64,000 nucleotides of DNA from Savitreella phatthalungensis (taxonomy: Eukaryota), in contig AP039701.1 in assembly GCA_051599415.1 (NCBI GenBank), forward strand, positions 372,001-436,000. The letters run 5' to 3'. Below, in pieces: positions 42,348-52,820 of the stretch. The notes beneath the pieces are model-generated. The model was given only the letters and a program-made list of their open reading frames with translations, ran no database searches and was not told the DNA's origin. Position 1 is the stretch's first letter; the number at the start of each line of letters is the position of its first letter. Both the position numbers and the translations under genes were made by a program.

Positions 42348-45300
42348 TCACGCAGTCGTGACGACTAGGTTGAGCGTCGCATGTGGGCCGTCTGCAATGA
42401 CGCCCTCGATGGCCATCGACACATCTTCGTCCGAATTGATTGTGATCAAATCGCCGTCCTCATCGCGGTATCGAATGCGCAAGCGGCCTGCGAGATCATG
42501 ATCGCTTTTGGCAGCAGCCAGCGGATCCAGGCCGGCCGATGACGCCGCTTGCTGAGACATCGAAGGCGAGTGTCCAGCGAGCCGTATCTTGCGAGTGACG
42601 CGCTCCATCAGAGAAGCCAGCGAAGCGTTCTCGGCAAGAACGATAACATACGCATCCTCAGCATAACTGATTTTGCACTTGACGGCCGTACTGGTGCCAC
42701 TAGCCGCGGTGGTTGAAGGAATTACACCAAAAGCAGGGCTGCTAGTGAAAGACTCCGCGGAATTCGAGATATAGCTCGTTTGAGATGATGTCATCGACGG
42801 CATGCGGTGAGAGGGCATCTCCGGAACGTCTGAGGGAGTCGTCATGAAGTGTTGACCTTGCGCCATATGCGGACTCGAAGTCGAACGCATCCGACTGCCA
42901 AGAATTGGTCGGGTTCCCGGCGCACTTGCCCGCGTTGGTATTGCAGCATAGTGGCCACGCCCTTGAGATGAATCGCTTTGCCTCGACCCGGATCGGGACA
43001 TGGCAGGTGCTGTGTACCTTACAGCAGCGTTACTTACGTGATTGCAGGGCAGCTCTAGTTCTCCTGCAGCTGGAAATGGGTATCCGCCGTGCGCTGCTGA
43101 CCATTTTCCAAGCGTGCCGCTAGCACTCGAGTCGGCAGAGTTTATAATAGGAGAGAAGACGGACTGATCCATCGCAAGATGACGCGGAAATGACGCCGCA
43201 GCGCCTCCGCCATTGGAAGGGATTCGCGCCATATTCACGCGACCCTGGTAAGGAAGACTCTCATTCGTGGCGGAGCGTGATCTTATGCTAGTCGCGGACG
43301 CTTCACGCGACATTGGTACGCTCGCAGCGCTCATATGATCCTGCATGTCATCATAGGTGTCTGTGGTTCTCTGCGATTCTTCATCGCTGTCATATGATAC
43401 GCCGTTGACACCGAGACGGTAGTCCCCAAGCGAGCTGCCTGTGCCACGATAAGCACTCGACGATACGACGGTGGCATTTGAGCGGTACTCCTGCAGCTGT
43501 ATGCGCACATCTTCTAGAGATTTTGTGAGGCCTGCATGCCACTGTCGGAGATTCTCCTCGTTGCGACACTTGAGTGTGAAAAATTCCTGCTCCTGATCGC
43601 CTCGCCAGTAGACGTGCAGCGTGTGCACGCCACTGCGAGAATTGGGGACAACTTCTGTGACGTTGTTCAGGAAGATCCGTCCTTTCAATTGCAGAGTGCC
43701 TGAACGCTTCTTAGGCTTCTTAGAGATACTGATGTTCTTACCGGATTTCTTGTTCGAGGTAGTCTCTTTGCAGCACAGGAGGATGCGCTCGAACAGATAG
43801 CAACGATATTCTCGCTCTACGTCGCCCTTCATCACCTGGAAAGTATCTTCCAACAGAAGAGCCCCGAATGTGGCAATTGAGTGTCCTTTCCAGTCTTCAA
43901 CTCGCTTTTCCAAATCAGTTACAATGACGGCATTCTCCTGCTTTCGCCGGGTTTCGTTGACGCGATCCGTCACACGCATCGCGGACTCTGCTCCCTGTTC
44001 TAGATCGAGATGAGAGGGCTGTGCGGGATCTGTTGACTTCACCAGTTCGCGAAGAAGGAGCGGGTACTTGCAGATGCGCTGAATCGGACGTATTAGTAAG
44101 GATGGCAATTCATACCCAGCCTCGACAAGATGGTCCAATCTCCGCAGCCGCGCCGTCTCGGAGACGATGAGATCGCTAGCACTAGCATAGTTCGAGCAGA
44201 ACGGCTCATAGACACTGAAGGCCTGCTCGTTGTTCACAAATACCTGACCAATTCGCTGGTCATTTGCAGAAAGAGAGCAGGTCGCCTCCAGACCGATAAG
44301 GAAGCGGCGCTGAAAGTCTACCAAAGCATTCAAGTTGGCAAAGAGATGATGAGCTGTGTCCACGGGCAAGATTTCTTTTGCCAAGATCTCCTGCTGATAG
44401 TTCTGCAAGACCTCGAGATGCGCCACGTATTTACGTTCGGTCTCAAGCAACTCTGCAATCACCTTATCACGCATGTCCTTCGGGCCAGCTTGCGTGTTCG
44501 TGGTGGCCATGGCAGCGAGTGACGCGGTGCTGCCGGCACAAGCGGATGCGTCTGCCTCGATCAATAGATTGCGCCTTTCGAGTATGTCGAGCACGAGCGA
44601 GACAGTTCGAGTCACCTTGACGAAGCCATTCGTGTTTTCAGAGAACAGTTCGGTGATCGAGAACAGATCGTCGTCAGGAAAGTTGAGCTGATTCTTGCAG
44701 GCGAGCAAAAAGTGATAGACGTCTTTTTTGCGGGTGTTCAACGACGCAATGTCTTCTGGAGACCTTGCTACCAATTCTGTTACCGGGCGTGTCGCATTGA
44801 ATATTCTCACGAGACTTGAGCCAAGGCGAAAGCATCGCCACAGCTCATCTACTGGATCACGCAAGGCCGATGTGGTCCCCACCATGTTGTCATTCTCATC
44901 CGTCTGAGTCGCTGCGCTCTCTAGAAACGGCTTGAATCCATCGACACGGCACAGCCTATCGCGCAGGAGGCGGCATGTTTGGAAGAGGGAAATGGACGAC
45001 GGTTTGTTAAACAACGATCCGGACATAGACGAGAGGGAAGCAGAAGCCGGACCTGCAGGGGTAATCGTAGTCGCATTGCCTACGACAGGAGAAGAGTCCG
45101 AGCCGCAATTTGTCATTGAGACGGATGTTGTGATGGAAAGGCCTGTGAGCTTATTCGTCGCGTCGATGCTGGCTATGTTGCTGTCACTCCGATCCAGCGG
45201 AGCTGTCATCGAGCGCTGTAGGAGAGGAGCAGACAACTGGTGGCCTGCGATTCCGGAGCGTGAGGGCAGCGCTATTGCAGCAGTACCAGGTCGTGCGCCG

Positions 45301-45368
45301 GTGTGCTCTAGCCCTGAAAGGTCGAGCGACGGCTGCGTGGCTGTAGGCGCGTGATGTACATCCGTCAT
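42348..45368 (-). CDS. CDC24: Cdc42 guanine nucleotide exchange factor (CH-DH-PH-PB1)
   Basis: CH: DPVDELWRCFRLGSSL; DH: ELLETERKYVAHLE and LIRPIQRICKYPLLL; PH: YLFERILLCCKE and LQLKGRIF; PB1 OPCA motif IRYRDEDGDLITINSDEDV. Confidence 0.95.
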   Translation of the reverse strand: MTDVHHAPTATQPSLDLSGLEHTGARPGTAAIALPSRSGIAGHQLSAPLLQRSMTAPLDRSDSNIASIDATNKLTGLSITTSVSMTNCGSDSSPVVGNATTITPAGPASASLSSMSGSLFNKPSSISLFQTCRLLRDRLCRVDGFKPFLESAATQTDENDNMVGTTSALRDPVDELWRCFRLGSSLVRIFNATRPVTELVARSPEDIASLNTRKKDVYHFLLACKNQLNFPDDDLFSITELFSENTNGFVKVTRTVSLVLDILERRNLLIEADASACAGSTASLAAMATTNTQAGPKDMRDKVIAELLETERKYVAHLEVLQNYQQEILAKEILPVDTAHHLFANLNALVDFQRRFLIGLEATCSLSANDQRIGQVFVNNEQAFSVYEPFCSNYASASDLIVSETARLRRLDHLVEAGYELPSLLIRPIQRICKYPLLLRELVKSTDPAQPSHLDLEQGAESAMRVTDRVNETRRKQENAVIVTDLEKRVEDWKGHSIATFGALLLEDTFQVMKGDVEREYRCYLFERILLCCKETTSNKKSGKNISISKKPKKRSGTLQLKGRIFLNNVTEVVPNSRSGVHTLHVYWRGDQEQEFFTLKCRNEENLRQWHAGLTKSLEDVRIQLQEYRSNATVVSSSAYRGTGSSLGDYRLGVNGVSYDSDEESQRTTDTYDDMQDHMSAASVPMSREASATSIRSRSATNESLPYQGRVNMARIPSNGGGAAASFPRHLAMDQSVFSPIINSADSSASGTLGKWSAAHGGYPFPAAGELELPCNHVSNAAVRYTAPAMSRSGSRQSDSSQGRGHYAAIPTRASAPGTRPILGSRMRSTSSPHMAQGQHFMTTPSDVPEMPSHRMPSMTSSQTSYISNSAESFTSSPAFGVIPSTTAASGTSTAVKCKISYAEDAYVIVLAENASLASLMERVTRKIRLAGHSPSMSQQAASSAGLDPLAAAKSDHDLAGRLRIRYRDEDGDLITINSDEDVSMAIEGVIADGPHATLNLVVTTA

Positions 45369-46358
45369 GGCTGGTCACGGGCAAGCGCGAAGTAAACGAA
45401 TAGATTCGCCCAAACGTGTCAGGTCTCGCGTGGATGACCGAGCTCGACCTATTCTCAAACGAGAAGTATTCGGTTGCACTTCGCAGGTAGTAGCGTGTTC
45501 TTTACGGCGGCGGGAATGCTGGCCACAACACGCCCGAAAGCCGAAGACCACCCGCGTGCTCAGAAAGGAGCGCGGTTGTCAGACAAAATATCAACGCACC
45601 GTCGTAGGCAGAGCACAAGCGTCAGAAACCACTAAATTCGCGCCGTGGAAATGTCTGAGCGCACTGATGGCGCACGCGCGTCCCAACAGTCGCTGTGCAC
45701 TAGGTCCAGCAGGACAAAAATTGCCTGCTGCACGTCCGGAGGACAGCAGCGTCGTTTTGCAGGGTACCTTCCTTATCCCTTTCACTTCCGCACACTCAAG
45801 CTGAAGCTATAATTTATGGCATTTGATGACCGCGACTTCCACAAAGCCGTGCAAGGCGTTGGTTCACGCGCTCGACAGGCTGCTGCTAGCCAGATACCGT
45901 GCGGCCCAAATGTCAGAGCGCTAGCGAATCGTACGCTGCCCCCTGCGTCGGCCTCCATTGTTCTCCTTGGTTTGACCATGACTCAATCTCTGAGCCTTGA
46001 AAATGAATTTTGCACTGCATACACAGCAGATGCATAGCTAGACACAGGGCCTTGATCATCGGTCGGATCAATCACAATTTTATCTGCAAAATATGGTATA
46101 TGGAATTGTTGTAGATGCATAGATTAATCAATACACGCACGCGTATATGCGTTCAGTACTACATACATATACCTACGTACTTGATGAGAGTAAATTAGAT
46201 GCAGTGCCTATGCACGCGCGCCTATGCACATACGAGTCCACGCCCAAGACGCCACCTGGAAATATACAAATGTTACGTACATGCAGCATCTAGACTATAC
46301 AGCTTGCCGTGAATGACATTCCGCACAGTGGACTGTGAACAGTCTGCAAACGATTCGA

Positions 46359-48068
46359 CTATCTCACGAAAGGTGATTTTTTCCGCTGCAATGCAGGGAT
46401 CGGAAACGCTGTTGTCCACTTTTCTAGAGGAACATGAGGCCCAATAGGATCTTTCACTGCTCGCTGATCGGGAAGCCGAGCTGCACGGGCGAGCTCTCTG
46501 CGCTCATTCCGCACCTCAGCGATAGTCGCACCATTGAGAAATGGTGACCAACGTAACCTATCCTCCCGGACTTGCTGATATCCTTTGCGCTCCCAACGCG
46601 CCACGATAGCTTGTAGCTTGTCGTGATCGAGTCTGATCGCATAGCTGTCTGACTGTGGCTCATGTAAAAGCGCCTGCAGATTCTCCAACGCACAGATCGT
46701 GTCGTCGATCGTCATTGTGGCCGATCGGCTGAGCTGCTCAAGGCTGATTGGTTCCTCGACGACGAGGAGCGTTCGAGCCATTCTGACCTTCCAGTAATTG
46801 CGATAGCTTACAAGACCTAGGTCGGACAGAGGTTTTTCTGGTGACCCGATCTTGCCTTCGACCTTCGACAAGAGGTAGCTGAAGTCGATGAGAAAATTTC
46901 CGTAGCCTTTGCGCTGATGCACCGGCATGGTCAGGATGCACGAGAGATTGTTGTTGGGGCTTCGTTTCTCCTTCGAGAAGTATCCCACTAAGTGGCATCC
47001 TTGAGCGTCCGCTTCGGTCATGACGAAAAAGAGAAAGGGTTCAACATCGTAGTACAGAGTTTTCGACTGTAGAAACAATTTTGCAAGCAGACATAGGTTT
47101 TGACAGTAGACCGGGTTTTGACGGCCATCAATCTCCCAGATGCTTACGTCGCCATCGCGGTAAATCTCATCTCCAGGAGGGTGTCGATATGGGCACTTGA
47201 GCGCGTGCCGACGCGCGATGAAGGAGGAATTCATGTACTTCAGGCAGAACTCGCAAATATGCAGAACCTCCTCTCGCGCGTATTCTTCAGGATACGGCGC
47301 GGAATACCAAGTGTCGATCTCGTAATTACCCAGTCTCACTGCCCTGATCTTGGAAGCTGGCTCATCTGGATTGGGCATGATTAGGTCTTTTGGGTGTTGA
47401 GCTTCAGCTTCCTGTCGAGCCGTTTCGAAGGCGACGATGTCGAGTTCTCTGGGCAGCGTCTTGACGGTGTCTGCTTCTCCGGGTGTCAGAAGTCCATGAA
47501 ATAATTTGGTTGCGGCCTCGCCCTGCAGCTGCACAAACTCGATGGCCTGCTCATCAGCTGGTACAGTAGGTTGCGCTGGCCGAGTTATTCTGATGCGCCA
47601 CTGCGGCTGTGCGTGAGGAGCCTGCTGTGCGTGAGAGCCTTGTCTGACAGGCCTAGTTGTCGATGATCTTGAATGTGACGAGATTTTCAGGCTCGCTGCT
47701 TTGTGCCTGCTAATCCGCAGCCTAACTATGAAGTTGCTCTCACCGGAGGACATGATGTCGACCGCATGTCTAGGCGCGCGCTGCGATCTACGCTCCGGGC
47801 CGGAGGCGGCTGAGGCCTGCGCTGTCCTGCCGGAGCTACGACGAACCATGGGCCGCGTGGGCGTCAGGGTCAGCTCGTCTACCGCGCTGGAATACTGATC
47901 ATTGTCCATGTCATTGTCGTCATTCGTCTCCTCATCAATCTCCATGCTTGACCAGTCCTGGTCGTCATGCTCATCAGTTTCGTCGCTCATCCCCACCGAC
48001 GTATCTTCGAGACGACTCGGAGTGCTCCGTGAAGCAGAGCTGCGCCAGCGGACCCGCCTTCTAGACAT
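46359..48068 (-). CDS. MYST-family histone acetyltransferase (Sas3/Mst2-like)
   Basis: IDTWYSAPYPEEY, C2HC zinc finger ICEFCLKY, HPPGDEIYRD, YCQNLCLLAKLFLQSKTLYYDVEPF, QRKGYG, GSPEKPLSDLG. No chromo domain, so not Esa1. Confidence 0.92.
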   Translation of the reverse strand: MSRRRVRWRSSASRSTPSRLEDTSVGMSDETDEHDDQDWSSMEIDEETNDDNDMDNDQYSSAVDELTLTPTRPMVRRSSGRTAQASAASGPERRSQRAPRHAVDIMSSGESNFIVRLRISRHKAASLKISSHSRSSTTRPVRQGSHAQQAPHAQPQWRIRITRPAQPTVPADEQAIEFVQLQGEAATKLFHGLLTPGEADTVKTLPRELDIVAFETARQEAEAQHPKDLIMPNPDEPASKIRAVRLGNYEIDTWYSAPYPEEYAREEVLHICEFCLKYMNSSFIARRHALKCPYRHPPGDEIYRDGDVSIWEIDGRQNPVYCQNLCLLAKLFLQSKTLYYDVEPFLFFVMTEADAQGCHLVGYFSKEKRSPNNNLSCILTMPVHQRKGYGNFLIDFSYLLSKVEGKIGSPEKPLSDLGLVSYRNYWKVRMARTLLVVEEPISLEQLSRSATMTIDDTICALENLQALLHEPQSDSYAIRLDHDKLQAIVARWERKGYQQVREDRLRWSPFLNGATIAEVRNERRELARAARLPDQRAVKDPIGPHVPLEKWTTAFPIPALQRKKSPFVR

Positions 48069-48495
48069 GTGTGGCGTCCTTTGTGCTCTGCTCCGCTCCG
48101 CACTCTATTCTGCGAACTGCCAACTTTATTATGTGGTTCACAGGTTGTATCATGCAAGCTGTCCTCGTGACACTTAGGCTTTGGATCGTATATCCAGACA
48201 TGACCCGTATACACGAACGCATCGATATCTGCAATGGGCCGGTTGTATGCCATACATATAGTTTAAATTATATTGATTGATTTGTCTCAAGAGTTCTTTG
48301 ACTGTAATCGATCGTAATTAAATGCTGCACGAATGTTGATTCTGATTGGTTTGTTCAATTGAGTCTGCTGCGTCTCGGGCACATAAGTTGCGTACGTACG
48401 TACTTATGACCATATGTAGATGATGTATGATCGATACAATTGATCGATGTGCGCGCGCGTGTGCGTGCTGTATACCACGTAGAAATGCAAATATA

Positions 48496-48527
48496 AAGTC
48501 GCTACACCTAGAATTGATCACCTTTAA
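48496..48527 (+). repeat. Left terminal inverted repeat
   Basis: AAGTCGCTACACCTAGAATTGATCACCTTTAA; 28/32 identical to the reverse complement of 50385-50416. Confidence 0.92.
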
Positions 48528-48594
48528 GATTAATCAATTTCACACACTCTTTTTTTGTCGCCTCTTCGAAGGCACCTTCTCCGTAGATTGCTCG

Positions 48595-50307
48595 CTATTT
48601 GATGGAATCACCAGCGCTAGCTCTGAAAAGTAAGGTAGCTTGGTCCTGTGCCTCTATCCATGCTCTAGGCTTGATTTTAGCAGCCCTTGCCTTCGCTGCA
48701 ATCCAGTGCCACCTCATATCTGTGTAGTCTTCGCCAAGTAAGCCTTTTAGCCAGTCCACTCCTCTAGCCAGCTGCTGTGCCTTGAAGGCTGCCCTAGGAC
48801 GCGAGGCCTTGGCCTGCAGGGCTGCTATAGTCTCGTCCCTATCGGCAATCATGAACTGGAGCTGTTCTGCAGCAGTCTTCAGTTCATCAATGAGGCGATC
48901 TTTTCGCGCATTCTCTTCGAGTGCTAGCTCTAGCACTGCATATCGCTCTTTTCCAGCTGCCTGCAGTGTCGCGCGTGTTGCTTTGACCATTTTGGGCAGT
49001 GTATTTGCAGTATTGGTGGTCAGGGTGGCCAAGGCAGGCCGTTCTGCCTTTTTTGCCGCCTCCGAGGCAGGTTCGACTGAATTGTTGTAGGAGAGCAGGC
49101 TTCTGCGCACTGCCTGTGGATCATAGGGCCAGATACCGCCTTGCCTGAAGCCTGAGGTGATGTTCTGACGATTCAGCGCCTTCTGCCAGGCGCCGAGAAA
49201 GATTGAGATGAATTCTTTGCGCCCCCAGGGTCTGCCAGCTAGCCTGCGGCTGAGTACCTTCACTGCCTGCCCATAGTAGTTCTTCAAAGGCGAGAACACG
49301 GCTAGGTCGAGCGGCTGTGTGAGGTGGGAGCTGTGGGCAGGCAGATAAACCAGTTTGACGCCATTTTTCGCGCATTTGTACATGACCTCGTGCGTGGCGT
49401 GAGCGCAGGCGCCATCGATCACTAGGACGCGCGTCCTCGGTGGATCTCGCGCTGTGGCAGGCAGGAAGACCTCCTGTAGCCACTGGACAATTAACTGGGA
49501 CGTGAGGAAGCCGTTTTTCGAGTGAAACACGCATACAGCGTTTCCAGGCGTGCCTAGGTACTTCGCCTCGTCAGGAGGCGCCAGCCCTGCCTCCACAGCC
49601 TTCCCACAGGCCTCTCTCTTTGCCTGAGTACGACTGAACACCAGAACTGGCTGTAAATGAGCACCTGCGGCAGAAACACAGGCCATACAGCTGACTGTTT
49701 CGCGATCTCCATTGTCTGCTGCCACAGCGCGCTTCTTACCCTTCTGCTGCAGCGGAATCACCACCTGGGAGGACTGGGAACGGCCCATCATGAGGCCAGA
49801 TTCATCGGCATTCCAGATATCCTCAGGCAGGATCGCCTCCTCTCGAAGATAGGTGCCTAGGATCTTGAAATAAGCGTCCACGGTGGCTGAATCCACCGCG
49901 TACATGCGGCTGTGGTCGATGCAATTGCTGCGCACTGTGTGGATGTCAGGATGGCGTAATTTGAAGGAAGGAAACCAGCGCATTCCGAGGTGCACTGTGC
50001 TGCCGCGAGATTCGAAAAACTTATCTGCTAGGTTGGTGACCTCCATAGGAGTCATAGGATAGCCTACTGCAGCTCTTCTGTGCAGCATCTCTACTATGGC
50101 CTTCTCCTGTGTTTCCGTCAGCTTTTGGCGCTCTCTGGCGGCCTCTGAGGCAGTCCTATTGCCATTCTGCAGCCAATGCCTCAAAGTAGAGGGTGAAACG
50201 CTGTATTCTGCTGCAGCATCACGGAGAGACGGTTTTTTGCCGTCTCTTCGAGCAGCGTAGTGGTTCAAGGCTGCCTGGAGGCATGCCTCACGGCAGAGCG
50301 CGTCCAC
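48595..50307 (-). CDS. pogo/Fot1 transposase (HTH-psq, CENP-B-type HTH, DD35D catalytic domain)
   Basis: SLRDAAAEYSVSPSTLRHW, LGMRWFPSFKLRHP; triad WNADESG / LVIDGACAH / HLTQPLD with 35 residues between the last two Asp. The ORF has no ATG before the first HTH. Confidence 0.92.
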   Translation of the reverse strand: MDALCREACLQAALNHYAARRDGKKPSLRDAAAEYSVSPSTLRHWLQNGNRTASEAARERQKLTETQEKAIVEMLHRRAAVGYPMTPMEVTNLADKFFESRGSTVHLGMRWFPSFKLRHPDIHTVRSNCIDHSRMYAVDSATVDAYFKILGTYLREEAILPEDIWNADESGLMMGRSQSSQVVIPLQQKGKKRAVAADNGDRETVSCMACVSAAGAHLQPVLVFSRTQAKREACGKAVEAGLAPPDEAKYLGTPGNAVCVFHSKNGFLTSQLIVQWLQEVFLPATARDPPRTRVLVIDGACAHATHEVMYKCAKNGVKLVYLPAHSSHLTQPLDLAVFSPLKNYYGQAVKVLSRRLAGRPWGRKEFISIFLGAWQKALNRQNITSGFRQGGIWPYDPQAVRRSLLSYNNSVEPASEAAKKAERPALATLTTNTANTLPKMVKATRATLQAAGKERYAVLELALEENARKDRLIDELKTAAEQLQFMIADRDETIAALQAKASRPRAAFKAQQLARGVDWLKGLLGEDYTDMRWHWIAAKARAAKIKPRAWIEAQDQATLLFRASAGDSIK

Positions 50308-50384
50308 AGGCGCTAGGAGAGGCAGTAGGATGTGTTGAAGGTAGGTGGTGACGTGTTCGACGCGTCTTTATTTTCTGCGCGAAG

Positions 50385-50416
50385 TTAAAGGTGATCAATA
50401 TTAGGTGTTTCGACTT
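50385..50416 (-). repeat. Right terminal inverted repeat
   Basis: Reverse complement is AAGTCGAAACACCTAATATTGATCACCTTTAA. Confidence 0.92.
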
Positions 50417-50699
50417 TAATTTATATGCGATTGACGAGCTCGTTGATGTGAAAACTTAAGTGAATGGAAAGTGAATTGACCAGGTAAAGAATCGCTCGGA
50501 TTCACAGCAACGCGAAATCTCGCTGTAGCTATATGCTGAACCTTGTGAGTGCGCAAACGACAAGATATACGCCTCAATGATCGATAGTTCACATTTTATA
50601 GTATGAGCCGTGGTACCATGCTCTAGCAGGGCGCAACCGCCGGCTGCTCAGGCCGAAGCTTTTGATGCGCGCGATTCCCAGATAAGGACTGATCTGCCG

Positions 50700-52820
50700 A
50701 TGTCGTACGAGATGGGTCACTTGCGATCGAGCTGCGCTGCGCCTATGCGACCGCCCGTCGAGGTGCTCATCGCAGATGCAGGACGTCAAAGCTCTCGCCC
50801 GAGCTCAAAAGAGCCAATGGGCTCAACCAGCGCAACCTTGGTTGACGAACATGACATAATTGCGATGCAGATACTGGCGGCGAATGCTGCGCAGGACGCG
50901 CGTTTCTTCCCTGTCCTCACAATGGATGAAGTTGAGCGTCTGGAACGCGAGCAGGCTACTCTGAACAACAGGCTGGAATCGGCGACTAGAAAGCTCGCAA
51001 TCGAGGGCAAAGTACGAGAAGCAAGCAGCAGTCTTGTCAGGCTTCATGCAAACAACAACCAACGACTGTCTCGACAAGCCGAGAATCAATTGACGGAGGC
51101 AACAAGAAAGGTTGACGAACTCGCGACGGACGTCTGGCGCCTGCAGCGCCGAAATGGTGCGATCAAGCATCAGCTGCTGGAACATGCTGCCGGTGTCATG
51201 GCGCGTTGCATCGGCCGGCAAGATAACCTCCATCCCGGTCGGGCTCGGCGCCTCGAAGACGTAGCGACGGACTTTGACAGCTCTCATCTATATCCCGACA
51301 TGGCTGGCGGATTCGGCGAACATTCCATACATATGTCGCCCGTGCCAAATTTGCAACTTAGCTCACGGACTCTTGAGGAGCTTCTACAGACTCCGGACCT
51401 GTCTGATGCTCACTCATTGTTCGCAGATCGTCTGACCGAGCTGAACAACAGGCTACGGCAGGCAACAGATCAGTTGAGGGACTGGCTAGGTTTGAGCCGA
51501 TCAGCAGGGGATGGTGCGGACGACGTCTACCGCGACGAACGTGCCCACCTGGAGCGCCAGTGCTCGATATTGGAGACGACTGTTCAGCAGGTGACGCGGA
51601 CACAGATCACGCTTTCGTCGCAATCCGCTGAGGAACGCGAGCTCGCTAGCCTTGTCGGCATTTCGAATGAGGATCGTGGTCTCGCTCGCGTCATCAGTCG
51701 TGTGCGAGCTTTGCTAGACGAGAATCATCAGCAATGCATGCAGATTCGCGAGACGAAGGCTCGACGACAGTCGCTGTTGGAGGCACATGACAAATCGAAC
51801 GCTACGCTCCTTGCCCATCATAGCCAAGCTCTTGACGACTTGAGCCGCGAGCATGATGATGCCTGCCGGGCGTTGAGTATCTCGCATAACAGCATCGTTA
51901 AAGACCTCGAAGATGCAGTGCGACAAACGGGCATCGCAAGAAAAGATCTAGAGGAGAAATTGGAGGCATTGGCCAGAGATCGCGAAATGTTCTCCTCACA
52001 ATGCGATGCGCTGCAGATGGAGAATAACATCCTGAAATCTGGAGAATCTGATCTGCTAGGTCGACTAGGCGTCTTGTCTACCGAGAGCCAACGGAGATGC
52101 GGGCATTTGATGGAACAGTTAGCGGACCTGCGTAAAAGGCATGAGAGTGCTTTGGAGGACTCGAATCTGCGAGAGACGGCATTAAGAAAAGAGCTCGATC
52201 ACGGCGCTCTGCAGCAGATCGAGACGGAGAAAGCGCTAGAACAGGCTCAAGTCTCGATTGGTTCTCTCCGCCAGAAACTCAGTCGGGCAGATGCTACGGC
52301 TGACGAAGCTTCCCGAAGCACATTGGCACAGCAACACAAGCGAGCTGTCGATGAGCTCGCGCAAGCGCGCGTAGAGCGTGACAGACTCTTGAAAGCCATT
52401 CAGTCATTAGAGACGAATTGTGCACAAGATCGAGCTATGTTAGATGCGCTGAGCGCTCGCAATGTTGAACTCGAAATGCAGCTGGATGACCTGCGTCTGG
52501 AATTGATGGCTCGACAGGGGACAACTACGCCCTGTCGCAGTGCTACTCACGAGGATGTCGATCTGTCGCCGCTGGTCTATGCATCCACAGACGCTCAAGC
52601 CGCGGCGAATCTGCGGCGCGGTTTTCGCGGAATGCTAAAAGAGCTGCGAGCTGAATACACGAGACAGCTGAGTGTCAAGCAGAATGTTATCAATCAGTTG
52701 CGCGGGGACTTGACGAGGCTGCAAACAGCACGGAATTCAGAGAGGATGCCTCGGGATTCCTGCGCCGACAAGGCATCGGAACTTCTGCAAGAGGTTTCGC
52801 CACGTACTTCGCTTGCATAA
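50700..52820 (+). CDS. Uds1 (up-regulated during septation) domain coiled-coil protein
   Basis: VLTMDEVERLEREQATLNNRLESATRKLAIEGKVREASSSLVRL...KVDELATDVWRL...LLEHAAGVM, followed by long heptad repeats. First ATG at 50700. Confidence 0.8.
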   Translation: MSYEMGHLRSSCAAPMRPPVEVLIADAGRQSSRPSSKEPMGSTSATLVDEHDIIAMQILAANAAQDARFFPVLTMDEVERLEREQATLNNRLESATRKLAIEGKVREASSSLVRLHANNNQRLSRQAENQLTEATRKVDELATDVWRLQRRNGAIKHQLLEHAAGVMARCIGRQDNLHPGRARRLEDVATDFDSSHLYPDMAGGFGEHSIHMSPVPNLQLSSRTLEELLQTPDLSDAHSLFADRLTELNNRLRQATDQLRDWLGLSRSAGDGADDVYRDERAHLERQCSILETTVQQVTRTQITLSSQSAEERELASLVGISNEDRGLARVISRVRALLDENHQQCMQIRETKARRQSLLEAHDKSNATLLAHHSQALDDLSREHDDACRALSISHNSIVKDLEDAVRQTGIARKDLEEKLEALARDREMFSSQCDALQMENNILKSGESDLLGRLGVLSTESQRRCGHLMEQLADLRKRHESALEDSNLRETALRKELDHGALQQIETEKALEQAQVSIGSLRQKLSRADATADEASRSTLAQQHKRAVDELAQARVERDRLLKAIQSLETNCAQDRAMLDALSARNVELEMQLDDLRLELMARQGTTTPCRSATHEDVDLSPLVYASTDAQAAANLRRGFRGMLKELRAEYTRQLSVKQNVINQLRGDLTRLQTARNSERMPRDSCADKASELLQEVSPRTSLA

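Larger units (their letters stand above)
48496..50416 (-). mobile_element. Complete pogo/Fot1-type (Tc1/mariner superfamily) DNA transposon, 1921 bp, flanked by a TA target-site duplication
   Basis: 32-bp imperfect TIRs at both ends, TA at 48494-48495 and 50417-50418, and one long transposase ORF inside. Confidence 0.93.
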
